Below the pieces are notes generated by a model, which saw only the letters and a list, made by a program, of their open reading frames with translations, made no database searches and was not told the DNA's origin. Shown here piece by piece: positions 1 through 13,300 of a DNA stretch of 64,000 nucleotides; position 1 is the stretch's first letter; each line of letters begins with the position of its first letter. This DNA is from Octopus vulgaris (taxonomy: Eukaryota). The stretch is taken from contig OX597821.1 of assembly GCA_951406725.2 (NCBI GenBank), positions 71,796,001 to 71,860,000 on the forward strand. Reading direction: 5' to 3'. A program made the translations under genes and the position numbers.

Positions 1-116
1 GAGGCTTCTCGTATTTTCTATTTTCCGTCTCAATCATTTGTTATCTATTTAAGGCTTTCATGGACACGAAACCTTTAAAGACTCTATGACCAGAATTTAA
101 CTTTTTTGTGTTAATA

Positions 117-117
117 C

Positions 118-209
<92 letters not shown>

Positions 210-240
210 GTGTGTGCGTGTGTGTGTGTGTGTGTGTGTA
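117..240. repeat. compound microsatellite (TA)n-(TGTA)n-(TG)n
   Basis: Directly visible; explains ORF 184..390 together with (AGA)n at ~289-322. Confidence 0.95.
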
Positions 241-2939
241 ATCTCTAGCAAAAATGCTATTAATCAAGAGTACAAGACATTTAGCTCAAGAAGAAGAAGA
301 AGAAGAAGAAGAAGAAGAAGAAGGACAACCAATTTCGGAAAGGTTATCTTCCACCCAGACTGCACTCATTCGGTAGAAGTAAGTAGATAAACATGACAGC
401 CTTGATAACAGAATACAGCACGGTCTTCAGTGATGTCTGAGACTTTCAAGTAAGTGGTAGCAACCATAAATTGACGACATCTTATTTCAGATGAAAAATG
501 CAATGAACGCCAATACGTTGAATTGGATTAGTCTTGAAGTTCACTTATTACTTGTTTCTTTAAAACGGGATTATCATTCCTGCTTGGTGGAAATGTGTTG
601 AACAGTGAAAGTATTGTACAATAGAAGACAAGCATCTGGTTAGGTTTTCAATGCTGATTAAAAAATATTTCAAAAATGAAAATTAAGATAGAAGTGAATT
701 CAGAACTTGACCCTTATCGCAGGCCAAAACATTGGAGTGGATAACGAAGCCAAAACTCAATCCAGTGGATATATGGTCCACTTCAAACTAACTAACCTTA
801 TAAATCAGAAGCGGTATATTTTACAGAAGATCTCTCACAGGTTTTCACATTTGTCTGTGAATTCTGAGTTTTTTGAGAGTATCAATGATAGATTATAACT
901 GTAGAAGTGATCATGATATGACGACGCTGGTGTCTGTGGCAGTAATGAGGACTCAGATTTTTATATTCTGAAAGGAATAAAATTGGGAATGATAACTGAT
1001 ACACTTTTCATAGTGGTAATCATCTATGGATTCATTCCAGAAGTTTACAGTTCTCTAGAGGTTTATTAGAATGCAACTGGGCTAATTGGCATAATTAGTT
1101 ACATTTTTACTACTTTTGTTGGTTACACAGTTTTATTCTATTTGCATGTTTTGCTGTGACAGCTGTTTCAAGTTATTTCAGTCATAATGTTTTCCTGTTG
1201 TATTGAGTATTTTCTTTATAGTCAAAAGGTTAACAGCGTTAAAAGGATCTTTCTGGATTAGAATAATCTCTACTTCGTTGTGGTTCGACAGACGTCGGGT
1301 ACTTCATCGGTCAGCCATAAATAAGGGAAAGAAAGTCTTGACTTCTTACATAGACCCCTATGAGTGACTACGTTTTACGGAATGCACGATTTATATTAAG
1401 TACATTAGTGGTACTTAATTATCGAACCGGATGGTGATGAGTTAAAATTAACCACAGCTGATTTGTACTTAGGAATTCGAGGATCGAGCCGAAATACTAA
1501 GAATATTGAAATACTCTTTGCTGCATAAGTCCCCGCTTTCTCTCTAAAATGCAAAAATATTCTGGTATAAAGCTTTGAGGATATGTCCTTATGTTGTATC
1601 ATTGTCTGGGTTATGTAGCAGTAGGTGGACGTAGGCATGTGTACGTGTGTGTTTGGTGGCAAGCATGGCTTTCTGATTAAAACGTTTACAATTCAGTTTC
1701 AGTTTAAATATTACTGCGTGGAGTCCTTTGGCAAGTATCTTTTGTCATAACCTTCAGTGATTAATTATATTGTGAATAAACTTTGGGAGACGGAAATTCT
1801 ATGGAAACCCATCGAAGAAACTGTTCTATATATTTGTCTTCGATTTAATGGCACCAAGCTCAACACTGGTGCTTGAGTGCCTTTAGTGAGTGCATGTCGT
1901 TGCAAGTCTTAAATCTCTGATCTGTGTGCCATTTCTTCCTTTCCTCACACAAGTCTCAAGGCCATTAAAGAGAACATATAGTGTTCTTAGGGTTCTTCAA
2001 GTTTCAACGCCCAGAATATAAATACATTTAGAGAAAGGCGAAGTGGGAAGTGGTGGTGTATATGCCCTTCAAAAAACTATTACTGATGAATAAGTAGTGA
2101 ACATCGGTTGTAACTCGAAACCTGATTGCAATTTCCATTCGTTAGAGCTTACACCATGCAATGTGTGTCAAAATTTGCTTTCCGTTGTTCTTCTTTGAGC
2201 TAAACATAAATTCGTGGACACAGAAATTCTTGTCCGTCTGCTTGTATGCAAGATGAGTGTGAAGTGGTTAGACAGTAGTGTTGGAGTGGTAGTATTTATA
2301 ATTAGCAGTTGTAGTTAGTGCATGCTGCTTCTGCTCGCTACTCCTTGTTTTCAGCCTCAGCCACCAGGAAGCCTCTTTGCATAAGAATCCTTCCTCTGGT
2401 GCACAACCTTTCTATCCGGAAGAATCCTGCAGTGCATTCTCTTTGTCACTCATGGTAACTGAGTATCTGGCCGTCCTAAGTTAAACTATTGTGGACAGCA
2501 GAGAGCCAGAAGTGGGCCCAAGAGAGTAGGCGAGAGTAGCTTTGGGCTAATAGCAAAGGAAGACCGGTTGCGTCGTTGAATAACCCTTGAAAAGAAAATC
2601 ATTCCGAACGAAACTATAGGAGCTCGCACCTGTTTATGTATCATATGCCTAAAATGGTTGGAGTAAGGCTACAAGAGGTTTTGCCCCTCAATCCTTGAAC
2701 AGAATTGTAAAATTTCACAGAAAAGGAAAACAGCTATTGAAAGTCTTATCGGACTCGTCAGATGACGGCCTAAATGATAACATAAATCCATATATTTTAG
2801 AGTAAGACCTTTATGTGCAGTAGTGGTAAAATGAATTGGATTTGTATTAATCGCAGATTCAAACTCTGTTCTTACTCCTGCGCTTGGGATTCTGGCAGTA
2901 ATTATCAGAAGACACTAGTTTTCTGTTGAAGTGTTAATT

Positions 2940-3640
2940 GTTAATAAAAATATTAAAGAGAATTGTTCTTCGGTGGACAAAGTTACTGAATTTTGTTGAC
3001 CACTGCCATATTTACAAGAGTGTTTTTATGGCGTATTATACATACGTTCAATAATGATTTGCCTAATATATAAAAGTTAGTCCCCTTTCAGCATATATAC
3101 ACAAACTGCTTCCAATGGCAGAAAAGGGCCACTTCTCTACGTTTATAATTGTATATAAGAGAAAACTGATAAGCTTTATGTTGCAAATATAGGATGAAAT
3201 AATGGTGTATATAATATGATTACTTTTCTTTTTCACAAGTGATACAAGATCAAACTTTGCAAACTTCATTAATGATGAATAAATTAAAAGTTATTAAAGC
3301 AAGTTTAAAAGTACGAACGTAACTTTACTCGGAGTTGAAAGGAAATGTTCCATCTGAAATCTAAGTAGGGGTTTGGCAAAGTTTTCCACTCTTTTACGTT
3401 TTGTGCATCACACCGTTAAATTCAGATAAATTAATGAGAGAAGACTCCGAATACGCTGACTTGCACAACTGAACTGGCAGATATCTTAGTTTTACAGTTG
3501 AATGAATCAGAAAAAATAAGAACAATTGCTTCGATTATGGCAATCATTATTTCATTTATCTCAAAGAAATGCAACAATTGCCGAAGCAAATCTATTCATC
3601 AATGGATGATTAGTTTTATTGATTTGCAGGCAATGTAGAC
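2940..3640 (+). mobile_element. highly decayed hAT-like (SCAND3/Charlie-type) transposase remnant
   Basis: Short broken peptides (ELFFGGQ, SKFKSTNVTLL, YLKEMQ, QWMISFIDL) loosely recall this family; many stops and frameshifts; boundaries approximate. Confidence 0.25.
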
Positions 3641-4915
3641 GTAGAGAGGTTATGAATGTATATAGAGTAAACTAGTCATTACTATGGAATTCGAAACGTG
3701 ATCGTGAGAAAGGCTCCCCAGGGTCCTTTCATCTAATCCGAGGATATTTTCACTAAATTTAAAGGCATCCTATATAAGTGCCATTTAGTAGGCTAATCAT
3801 GTTCTGGTGAGGTGAACTTTTAAGCTTGACACTACTCCCAGCTGTGGCTACTTCAGTTCACTTATGCAGATAATGTCCGCGGCGAAAAGATTCAATGTTT
3901 ATACCCTCCCTTCCCCCCTCTTCCGAAAATAGCAAAGTTTTCCCACTGCACAAACATCTATACAGATTCTGTGTAGTCGTCTCAGCTGCTAGAAACAGCA
4001 GTTAAATTAGCTTTAAATCATATCTCCTACTTTCTCAAAACATGTCTCGAAAGATGGAAGACAATGGCCGTAACTAGAAATTTCTTAAAGTATGGGTCTA
4101 TCCAAACAGGGCTGACCAATGGCTACACAACAACAACAACAACAACAACAACAGCAACAACGACAACACCATTGTTTGCTACTTCAATCTCCTTATACCA
4201 ATATAACAATTATCTTTATAAAGCTCTCTGTATTAAATTATATTTTTTTTAGAAAAGAAATTCGTTGGTTTTCAGCTTGAACGGAAACTAATCATGTTTT
4301 TCATTAACTGTAAAGTTTAAGATTATTCAAAATGTTCCTGAAATTTAAAAATATAATTAGTACCACACTATTTTCTTCATTTTGTTCACATTAATTTCAT
4401 TCGCATTTTATTTAACATTATTTAAATATTTCCTTTAATTTTCTAAAGATCTCTAGATTTCCTTCTATATATCGTAGCATTTTTTTGTTCAAAAGTATTT
4501 ATATAAACAAATACTATAATATTTTTTTCTTTTAGTTGACTGGTTTCGCATTATTTTATTGCTTCAAGCATTAAACTGTCATCTTAATCTTTCAGCTCCA
4601 CCTGTCGTAAATATCTCGGCTTTTCATGAAAAACTTCTAAAACATCATAAATCAGTTATAAAAGACAATGATTTAAACATTCACTTTCATCTGCAGCGGG
4701 TTGCGTGGGCGGTGGGGGCGGGGTACGCGACGATATGAGAAAATGGTGTTTTATGGTTTTAAAAACCGTTAATGCCGAGTACGGAAGTGAAATCTTCATA
4801 CATCATTTAATACACTTTTAGAAATAACTCGGCCGTGACGAGATTTCTTGATATTAGACCGACTTACACTTACAACCGTTTCAGCATTTCAAAATTAATT
4901 AGAAAAAAACATAGA

Positions 4916-6570
4916 TTATTATTACTATTGCTGCTGATGTTGTTGCTGTCGTTACGCTGATATATGCTAATTTAGCTAGCAGGTATTTCATCTTGAGCTT
5001 TCGGGACAACAAATCTCCTCAAATCTTAAGAATTTTTTCTTAAGATTCTTGCAGAATATAAGATGGTACTTTTCTGCAGGTCAACAACTCCAATTTCAAT
5101 TCTAATTTCTTTCAATCTTTGAGGTAGAATTTTGGATGTTGTGCCAAGCGCAGCAATTAATACAGGAATTAGTGTGGTCTTGGTCTGTCAAAGTCTCCTC
5201 AGATCTCTAGCAAGATCCTGATATTTCTCATTTCTCCCCACCTCCATTTCTTTGGTATTGATTCTACTAACATAGAGAATTGAAAAATCTATGATTTTGC
5301 ATTGTTTGTCTATTTTGTTCTCTATAATCATGCCTTTTTTTCTTTTTCAATAATATGGTCAATCTTCTATGGCGAAGTTCCATAATATCCTATAATTCTC
5401 ACTTTTATCACAGTCATGCCTATACAGTCATGTCTGCGTTTATACTCGTTTTGCGCTAGTATACGACACTCTCTGAAAATGTAACTGATACCCTCGTCTC
5501 TTCTCTATATTTGCTGTCTGACTGAGTTTTATCGATCTTTGTTCTAAAGGCTTATACTTCAGCGACTATAATTAACATTCTTTTGTCTTGTTTCAAGTTC
5601 CTGTCTTTCAACCAAAGCCAGCGAGCTTCACTTATAAAATCTTGGTTTGTTGCATGAATTGGCCATGCAGTTCCATTTTTTTTTTCATTCTGTTGTTCTT
5701 CCTTTTCTCTTTGAATTCTCTTACTGTTTCTGTCACTTTTGGGGTCTCTCTGGCTGCTGAAAGAATTCTTTCTTTACCCCGCGCTCTATAACTTTCCAGT
5801 CCCAGCATCGCAGTGCCATCCGCGTCCAGTAACCCTCTACAAGATGCCCTTCTTGGCAGATAAAAATCGGTCGGTATTACTTTTAGGGTGGAGTGCATTG
5901 TGCATTGTTAACTGCTTTCTGGTTCTTCTATCTAAGTTCTGCAGCTCAATCTTTGCCCAATTCTGAAAGGGAGCAGAGTATCTCCAAACTGGCATTACCC
6001 ATGTGTTTGTGGCTTTAATGATGTTCCCTCCATTTCATTTTGCTCCGAGCATCCTCCTAATTCTCCTTTTCTACTCTTTATTGACTTTCTTTCTCATTTC
6101 TCTTTCCATTATCTTGTGGTATTGCAGTACTCCAGGGTATTTCTATTCCTCATTATTCTACAGTGATCGAATTATATTGTCGTGTGGTAATTTTATGCCA
6201 TCAGACATTATCTTCCAGCTTCCCTTCATAGATAGTACTGCGAGCTTATCTGCCTCAAACTGCATTCTAATTTCTTAACTGAATATTCTCACTGTTTCGA
6301 TCAGAGAATCCAGGCCTGCCTCACTTTTAGTATATATCTTAAGGTCATTCATGTAATGTAGGTGATTTATTCTCATCTTGGTTTTGGTAAACTCATAGGC
6401 AGGTTTTGATTTTCGCAGTATATTTGTCAAAGAGATTAGCGCAATGAAGAAGAGTAACGAAGTGAGCGAATCTCCTCGAAGTGAGCCCCAGCGTATTTTA
6501 CCGTTATTTATTGATTCATTTACACATGTAAAGTCTGTTTCCCATTCCCCCATGGCTTTCTTCACAAAAT
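4916..6570 (-). mobile_element. R4/Dong-clade RLE non-LTR retrotransposon, 5'-truncated and decayed
   Basis: RT motifs GDSLTSLLFFIAL and HLHYMNDLKIY (ORF 6275..6565); RLE C-terminus EKYQDLARDLRRL*QTKTTLIPVLIAALG and LQKSTILYSARILRK; ends in a short (AAT)n tail. Confidence 0.85.
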
Positions 6571-6579
6571 TGTTTATCT

Positions 6580-6590
6580 TATTCTTCTTC

Positions 6591-6622
<32 letters not shown>

Positions 6623-6642
6623 CTTTTTTTCTTCTTCTTCTT

Positions 6643-6704
<62 letters not shown>

Positions 6705-6710
6705 CATTAT
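6580..6710. repeat. (TTC)n-(TTA)n microsatellite
   Basis: Directly visible; the (TTA)n part doubles as the 3' tail of the next element. Confidence 0.95.
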
Positions 6711-6897
6711 TCAGTAGTTTTATTTTTATAGCGTGCTTTCACTTCACTACCGAGCGCAGCTCTGTGTGCCTTGGGTATGTGCTGTGATTTGTTGTGATGC
6801 TTTGATGGTTATTGTATGGAAAGTGTTCTGCGTAGGATGTGTGCAGTGCCTAGTAGTGCAATTTTCTGTATGTTATATGTGTTTGTAAGTCCTGGTG

Positions 6898-6900
<3 letters not shown>
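6711..6900 (-). mobile_element. 3' end of an R4/Dong-clade LINE inserted in (TAA)n
   Basis: Reverse strand encodes TPGLTNTYNIQKIALLGTAHILRRTLSIQ*, then a 3' UTR running into (TAA)n; (TAA)n on both flanks. Confidence 0.85.
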
Positions 6901-6993
<93 letters not shown>

Positions 6994-7033
6994 TTATTAT
7001 TATTACTATTATTATTATTATTATTATTATTAT

Positions 7034-7071
<38 letters not shown>

Positions 7072-7084
7072 TTATTATTATTAC

Positions 7085-7116
<32 letters not shown>
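6901..7116. repeat. (TTA)n/(CTA)n compound microsatellite
   Basis: Directly visible; explains the poly-I/T/N/S/L ORFs. Confidence 0.95.
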
Positions 7117-7119
<3 letters not shown>

Positions 7120-8140
7120 GCCTGCATAAATCTATGAATGTGTGTCTAGCAACGTATTTAATGAAATTATATATCTGAAATGAATTTCATTTCTGTGCGT
7201 ATGACCTATATTGTGAATTATTCCCAATGCAAAATGCAATTACCCTTTCGAATTGAAAGTGAGACGTCAGTCCATTTGCACTTTATCTTTGAGTCACATC
7301 ACATTCGGTAATATCATAAATGGAATTAGCGACCACGAAGTGAATGATATTTTCTTTCTTTCGACCTATATGTATTACATTTCGGGAACCTAATTAAAAT
7401 TTGATTAAATGAAATGCTTAAATAAATTTTGTTTGTATTCAAGACGAACCTTTATCTGCTGTCATATAACAACCTCTGGCCTGGCACCCAGCAGCTCCGT
7501 TTAGAAGAGTTTCATAAAGTGATGACAGTAGCTTTTCTTTCCTTCTACCCAGAATGCCATCGTTAGCCTGGAGACTCTCTCGCCTTACCAATGTATTTCT
7601 CCTTTCAATTATACGATTGCTCGTCAGATTCAGCACTAATGAAATACACCTTATAAATTAGTGACACCAACCACACCAACGAATTTTGACGTCCCTCGGG
7701 AATCGGAAGTCACAGTCCTTTCCATGTTTGTTCAGACAAAATAATAAATCAAACTGCGATATATCATCAGATTTTATATAATGATACCTAATTATATAAT
7801 AGAACAGTGATTTTTAACGCATTTTTATTCTACGCCCCTCTTGATGGTACGTAAGTACCCCCTCTTCTGAGGCGTCTAATCAAAAATTTAATATGATACA
7901 GCGCTTAATACAGTAGCATATATTTAAACAAATACACATAACAGGGATTTTCAACTTTACTTTTTATTTATCATTATTTTTTTTTTTGTATTACGCCTCC
8001 TTTAAATCTACGTAAACATCCCAACCCGTCAAATCTCAAATTCAAAACCTTATCTCTTCGAAAACATTTACCAACACTATACTGGTCACATTCAAACAGG
8101 ATCAGCTCTTCCTGGTGTAATTTCAACATTTTATTTCTGG

Positions 8141-8540
8141 AAGGCGGCGAGGTGGCAGAAACGTTAGTACGCCGGGCGAAATGTGTAGCCGTATTTCGTC
8201 TGCCGCTACATTCTGAGTTCAAATTCCGCCGAGGTCGACTTTACCATTCATCCTTTCGAAGTCGATTAAATAAGTACAAGTTACGCACTAGGGTCGATAT
8301 AATCGACTTAATCCGTTTGCCTGTCCTTGTTTGTCCCTTCTGTGTTTAGCCTCTTGTGGGTAGTAAAGAAATAGGTATTTCGTCTGTCTTTACGTTCTAA
8401 GTTCAAATTCCGCCGAGGTCGACTTTGCTTTTCATTCTTTCAGGATCGATAAATTAAGTACCAGTTGCGTACTGCGGTCCATCTAATCGACTGGCCCCCT
8501 CCCGTCAGAATTTTGGGCCTTGTACCAAATAGAATAGAAT
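8141..8540 (+). mobile_element. SINE family A, 2-unit form, with 13-bp TSD
   Basis: tRNA-like head with B box GTTCAAATT; internal 184-bp period (8191, 8375); TSD ATTTTATTTCTGG at 8128-8140 and 8541-8553. Confidence 0.9.
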
Positions 8541-8975
8541 ATTTTATTTCTGGTTTCGTTTTCCCATTATTTTTATATACAACTTCAAGTGTGAAGAGAT
8601 GTTTTATTTTTTTATTTTTCATTTCAAAATATAATAATTCCGTACATCACAAGTTATAATTATGTATTAATCTCCACTTTCTCTCTAACCCAATTAAGAA
8701 AGACTATTTTGTGGTATTATTACGTCGAAAAGGAATCCTTGAGTTGGTATTTCTCTCTTCTCAAGCAAAATATATCAATGATAGTAATGACTTTTCAAGC
8801 AAAAGAATAACCGTTCGTTGTGATTTTAAAGAAACTATATTAAACTAGGTTTTATATAACTATACTACACTTTCACTGATATGAGTTCAAGTCTTTAGAA
8901 AACCAAATTTTGATTTTATCCAGAGGGAATCTTACGAAATACTAGTAACATTCCGGATCAGCTGAATCAGTTATG

Positions 8976-9204
8976 CAGTAATCCCTCGATTATCGTTGGT
9001 GTTATGTTCTAAAACACTACGCGATAGGTGAAAATCCGCGAAGTAGAAACAGTACTGTACTGTATATGTTTTTTATTTTTATAATTTGTATATATTCATT
9101 TTATTATAAATGCAAAACAACACCACGGCGGAATCGATGAAAGCTTAATAAACCGTGATAGGTGAGCCGTGATTGGTGAACCGCGCGATGGCGAGAGATT
9201 ACTA
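8976..9204. mobile_element. Tigger-like MITE
   Basis: TIRs CAGTAATCCCTCG and CGAGAGATTACTA (2 mismatches); internal repeats of GATAGGTGA. Confidence 0.75.
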
Positions 9205-9823
9205 TATATTTAGTCACAAATTATGCACTGATTCAAGTAAAAGTTATAAACTAGTGTGGCACTCATCAAAAAATGACGTTTGCCTTTTTACTTTTGTATA
9301 AAGTATTTCATTTTAATATTAACATAAAACCATTTAATAAAATAATCTATTGATCGCAACTTAATCGTCAAAGTTAATTCGATGATTATATCATAAGCAA
9401 TTTCTAAAGCACATAACCCTATCATCATTTTCTACAATTTCATCGTTAATTTTTTTAAAAAACCACGTCGAGAACTAACGGCTTTTTATTTCTCAATATT
9501 TGAGGAATCGGTATTTGAAGCTCTTTCAACCACTTTCAATGTTCTTTTATAGATGTCTTCTCCAAGAATGCTCTTATCTCCGAACATCTTATAATTCCTC
9601 ATTATCTCTTAATGAGACTGTTAATTATTCAGAGAGTATTGGAAAATAACAGGAACACTTCATCGATTCTGAGGAGGTTATAAATATGGAGGATACCATT
9701 AGTGTCAGGGGAAGGAAGTTCCAAGTATATTGTTCATGGATAAAGTCGGATATTGTTGGATATCTTTGATGTAACCATGAGAGGAATACGAAGTCTGTAT
9801 TCGTCCTGTGCCTTTAATGCACC

Positions 9824-9997
9824 TACGAGATGGTATCAAAACATTCTCGGACTAATTCGCAGCGTGCCAACAGATGGCAGCACACGGTTGCATGAGCAGT
9901 GAGAGCTAGCAAGTGACCTTCACGAGGCAGTGTGCCAAGTGACATCGCTGTGTTTACTTCGCAAGTTGTGAAATTTATGTTTCTGTGCTCACGTGTA
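9824..9997 (+). mobile_element. mariner-like 5' terminal fragment
   Basis: Begins TACGAGATGGTATCAAAA, a mariner-type TIR after TA; no partner TIR seen. Confidence 0.5.
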
Positions 9998-10019
9998 AGC
10001 TGTAGTCTGCGATTTTTGT

Positions 10020-10140
10020 CATGGATTACATCGACCCCAGAGTTCAACTGGTACTTCATTTATCGACCCCGAAACTCAGAACTTAAAGACGGACGAAATA
10101 ACGCTAAGCATTTCCACCGGCATGCCTACAAGTCTACCAG
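10020..10140 (-). mobile_element. SINE family A fragment
   Basis: TCGACCCCAG...CTGGTACTTCATTTATCGACCCCGAAA matches the reverse complement of family A. Confidence 0.75.
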
Positions 10141-10144
10141 CTTG

Positions 10145-10450
10145 ATGGCATGCCGCGCCTTTCGGTCAGGGATGTGGAGTTCTCCGAAATGCCGATAACA
10201 GTTGAAGACATACTGGACGCGATGACGAGGTGCACACGGGAGAAGTCTCCGCGGGCTGGATGGTCCGCCGCCCTTCGTGCTTTATCTTCAAATGCCAGAC
10301 TTGTTCGGAGATGTCTTGGCAGCTGAACGGGAAAATACCCAGTGTTGTAAGCTGTGGCGTGGTGGTGCTGCTGATAAAGGACCCGAACAACGGGTATCAA
10401 ACAGATAATTTTAGGCCCATAACTCTGCTAAATGCAGATTATAAGATTAT
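10145..10450 (+). mobile_element. L1/Tx1-like LINE RT fragment
   Basis: Peptide GVVVLLIKDPNNGYQTDNFRPITLLNADYKIM is typical of the L1/Tx1 RT N-terminal region. Confidence 0.75.
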
Positions 10451-10878
10451 GTCTTGTTCATTCGATGTCTTTGTTCCAACCTCTATCATAGCTTTATATT
10501 TTGATAATTAGTAACATTGAGGTCTTCTACCATGAAAAATCATCAGCGAAGCTCAAGCATTCTTTTCAGGGAAGTTTTCTCTTCCATATAAAGTTGTATT
10601 TTTTTTAATATTTAGTACTTACAATGCACCCACTTTGATTCTGAAAACGTTTAGGTTCGCATTATGATTGATGTTAAAACATTTGTCGTTTAGCAACGTT
10701 CAGCCGGCGGCGACATGTTTGGTACGGAACCTCTTTTCCAAAGTAGCATAGGCTTGTGGTCCTGACTAGCAAATGATATCTTAAGAAATCAACCAGATGC
10801 AACATATCTGATGCGTACGTACATATAAACACACACACATGCACATTTCTGTATATGCCTATGTTTATCTACATATGT

Positions 10879-11204
10879 TGTGAGGGAGCGTGGCTGAGTG
10901 GTTAGGGCATTCGGCTCATGATCGTAAGGTTGTGAGTTCGATTCCCGGCGACGCGTTGTGTCCTTGAGCAAGACACTTTATTTCACGTTGCTCCAGTCCA
11001 CTCAGCTGGCAAAAATGAGTTGTACTTGTATTTCAAAGGGTCAGCCTTGTCACTCTCTGTGTCACGCTGATTATCCCCGAGAACTACGTTAAGGGTACAC
11101 GTGTCTGTGGAATGCTCAGCCATTTGCACGTTAATTTCACGAGCAAGCTGTTCCGTTGATCGTATCAGCTGGGACCCTCGTCGTCGTAACCGGCGGAGTC
11201 TTTA
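10879..11204 (+). mobile_element. SINE family C (tRNA head, Meta/V-like core), full length, with 12-bp TSD
   Basis: A box TGGCTGAGTGG, B box GTTCGATTC; core TCCTTGAGCAAGACACTT..CCAGTCCACTCAGCTG; TSD ATCTACATATGT at 10867-10878 and 11205-11216. Confidence 0.9.
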
Positions 11205-11475
11205 ATCTACATATGTACATGTCTGTGTTTGTACGTGTATCGGGACATGGGCATTTGTGTTCGACATTAAATTAATAAGTAAAAACGAAATACAAATACG
11301 TACACTGGATTTTAAACCAAAATTTCTGCAGGCACACAACTTTAAAATATGGACGCGAGATATGTTGGCACAAAAACAGAGACATCGAATGAACGAGACA
11401 TAAATTTTGTATTACCCTCTTCTATTTTCTTTAGTTACATCAAGAGGTGTTTCGAATTTGGCCTCATTTTCTGAT

Positions 11476-11477
<2 letters not shown>

Positions 11478-11529
<52 letters not shown>

Positions 11530-11599
11530 ATCTATCTATCTATCTATCTATATCTATCTCTACCTCTCTGTCTTTCTTTCTTTCTCGCTCTCTCTCACT

Positions 11600-11631
<32 letters not shown>

Positions 11632-11933
11632 AATGTGTGTGTGTGAGAGAGAGTGCAAGTGTGTCTGTGTGTGTGTGGTGTGTGCGTGCGTATATGCGTA
11701 GCAACGTTGCATTCGACACTTCCTCTCAGTTTATTTACACATCCAAGAACACCCAGAATGATTTCGATAAAATAAAGGGTAAAGGAGAGACACCACTTGT
11801 ACCCGCACACCAACATACACCATACATACTTTCAAGGGTGCGGGTGTTTAATCATTGTAGACATGTATACTACAACATATATACATATTTTCAGTCTGAT
11901 TTTGACTGTATACAAACACACACACACACACAA

Positions 11934-12000
<67 letters not shown>

Positions 12001-12250
12001 AATACGTACACGCACGCACGCACACTCATGCACGCGCGCACACCTACACATATATATATACACATACATGCATATACATATACATATATATACATATATG
12101 TATATATAATTATATGTAATTATATATAGAGAGAGAGATATATACGTACATACATACATTTGCACATATATATTTACATATATCCATGAATATATACATA
12201 TACATACATTTATACATATATGTATGTACACATAGACAGATATATACATA
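11478..12250. repeat. compound microsatellite field (CT, CTAT, CA, TA, GA, CATA)
   Basis: Directly visible; source of several spurious ORFs. Confidence 0.9.
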
Positions 12251-12849
12251 GATACTTGTGTAGTTATGAGTGTGAACGTACGTCTGCGACTAAGTCTGTG
12301 CGCCTGAGTGTCTGCGTGCCTGTACGTGTGTGTAACGCCATGTTAGTAAAATATACGAAAACAAATAAACAAAGCGATACAATACTTCACTGAGAATACA
12401 TATATCTGGGCTGCTGGTGGGTATTAAATATCTATCTTCCTACCACATGTTTTAAACGAGGACTAGATTTTTTTTCCGTCCGAATGTCGCTCTATTTTGC
12501 GATATAAAAGCTGGTTCGTATCCTTAGCATAACCGAAACATTTCGTTATCGTTAAATTTTTACAGTTTATATAAAAATATTTTTGCAGAGAATTAAAATG
12601 ACATCTGTCCCAGTTGACGTCCAACAAGACTCTGATATGACACAAGTTATGTGGAACATCTGTGGTCACGTTTTCTTTTTACATTCGACTGAAAGATTCT
12701 CTTTAAAATATAAGCAGCAAAATACCGTCTAGAAAGTCGTGCTGTGAAATATTTCAAAATTTATAACACTCTGTTTGTAGGAACGAAGCTGGTTCTTGTG
12801 TGCATTTAAAATCACAAGCAACTCGTCCTCTCTTTTTATGTGTTACATG

Positions 12850-13041
12850 TTTCATTCACTGTACTGCGGCCATGCTTGGAAATATGCCTTGATAGATTTT
12901 GCCAAAATAATTGACCTCTTCAATTTTTTCTTTAAAAGTCTGGAACTTATTCTATCGGTCCTTTTGCCGAACTGCTAAGTCTCGGGTACTTAAGCAAACC
13001 CACTAGCACCGGTTATCAAGCGGTTATCGCACAAAGGCACT

Positions 13042-13045
<4 letters not shown>
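12850..13045 (-). mobile_element. SINE family B, 3' half
   Basis: CTGCGGCCATGCT...ACTTATTCTATCGGTCCTTTTGCCGAACTGCTAAGT matches the other family B copies. Confidence 0.8.
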
Positions 13046-13108
<63 letters not shown>

Positions 13109-13140
13109 TATATGGTTGTAAAGAGAACATTTTAATCACT

Positions 13141-13300
13141 CAGCCTGTGCCTGTCACACTCTATGTCACGCTGAATCTTCCTCGAGAACTACGTTATGAA
13201 AATACGTGTCTGTGGAGTGCTCAGCCACGTTAATTTCACGAGCAGGCTCTTCCATTGATCGGATAAACTGGAACCTTCGTCGTCGTGCCACGACGACGAA
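13141..13300 (+). mobile_element. SINE family C, 3' part
   Basis: Colinear with 11042-11187. Confidence 0.85.

Noticed and set aside
2083-2125. CTGATGA...CGAAAC hammerhead-like spacing
   Set aside because: No convincing stem II, no GUH triplet closing stem III, and no stem I.
8152-8349. Recurrent peptide LRSEFKFRRGRL in several ORFs
   Set aside because: Chance reading frame of SINE family A, not a gene family.
10883-10950. tRNA gene
   Set aside because: A and B boxes are present but there is no acceptor stem or T-run terminator; it is a SINE head with a TSD.
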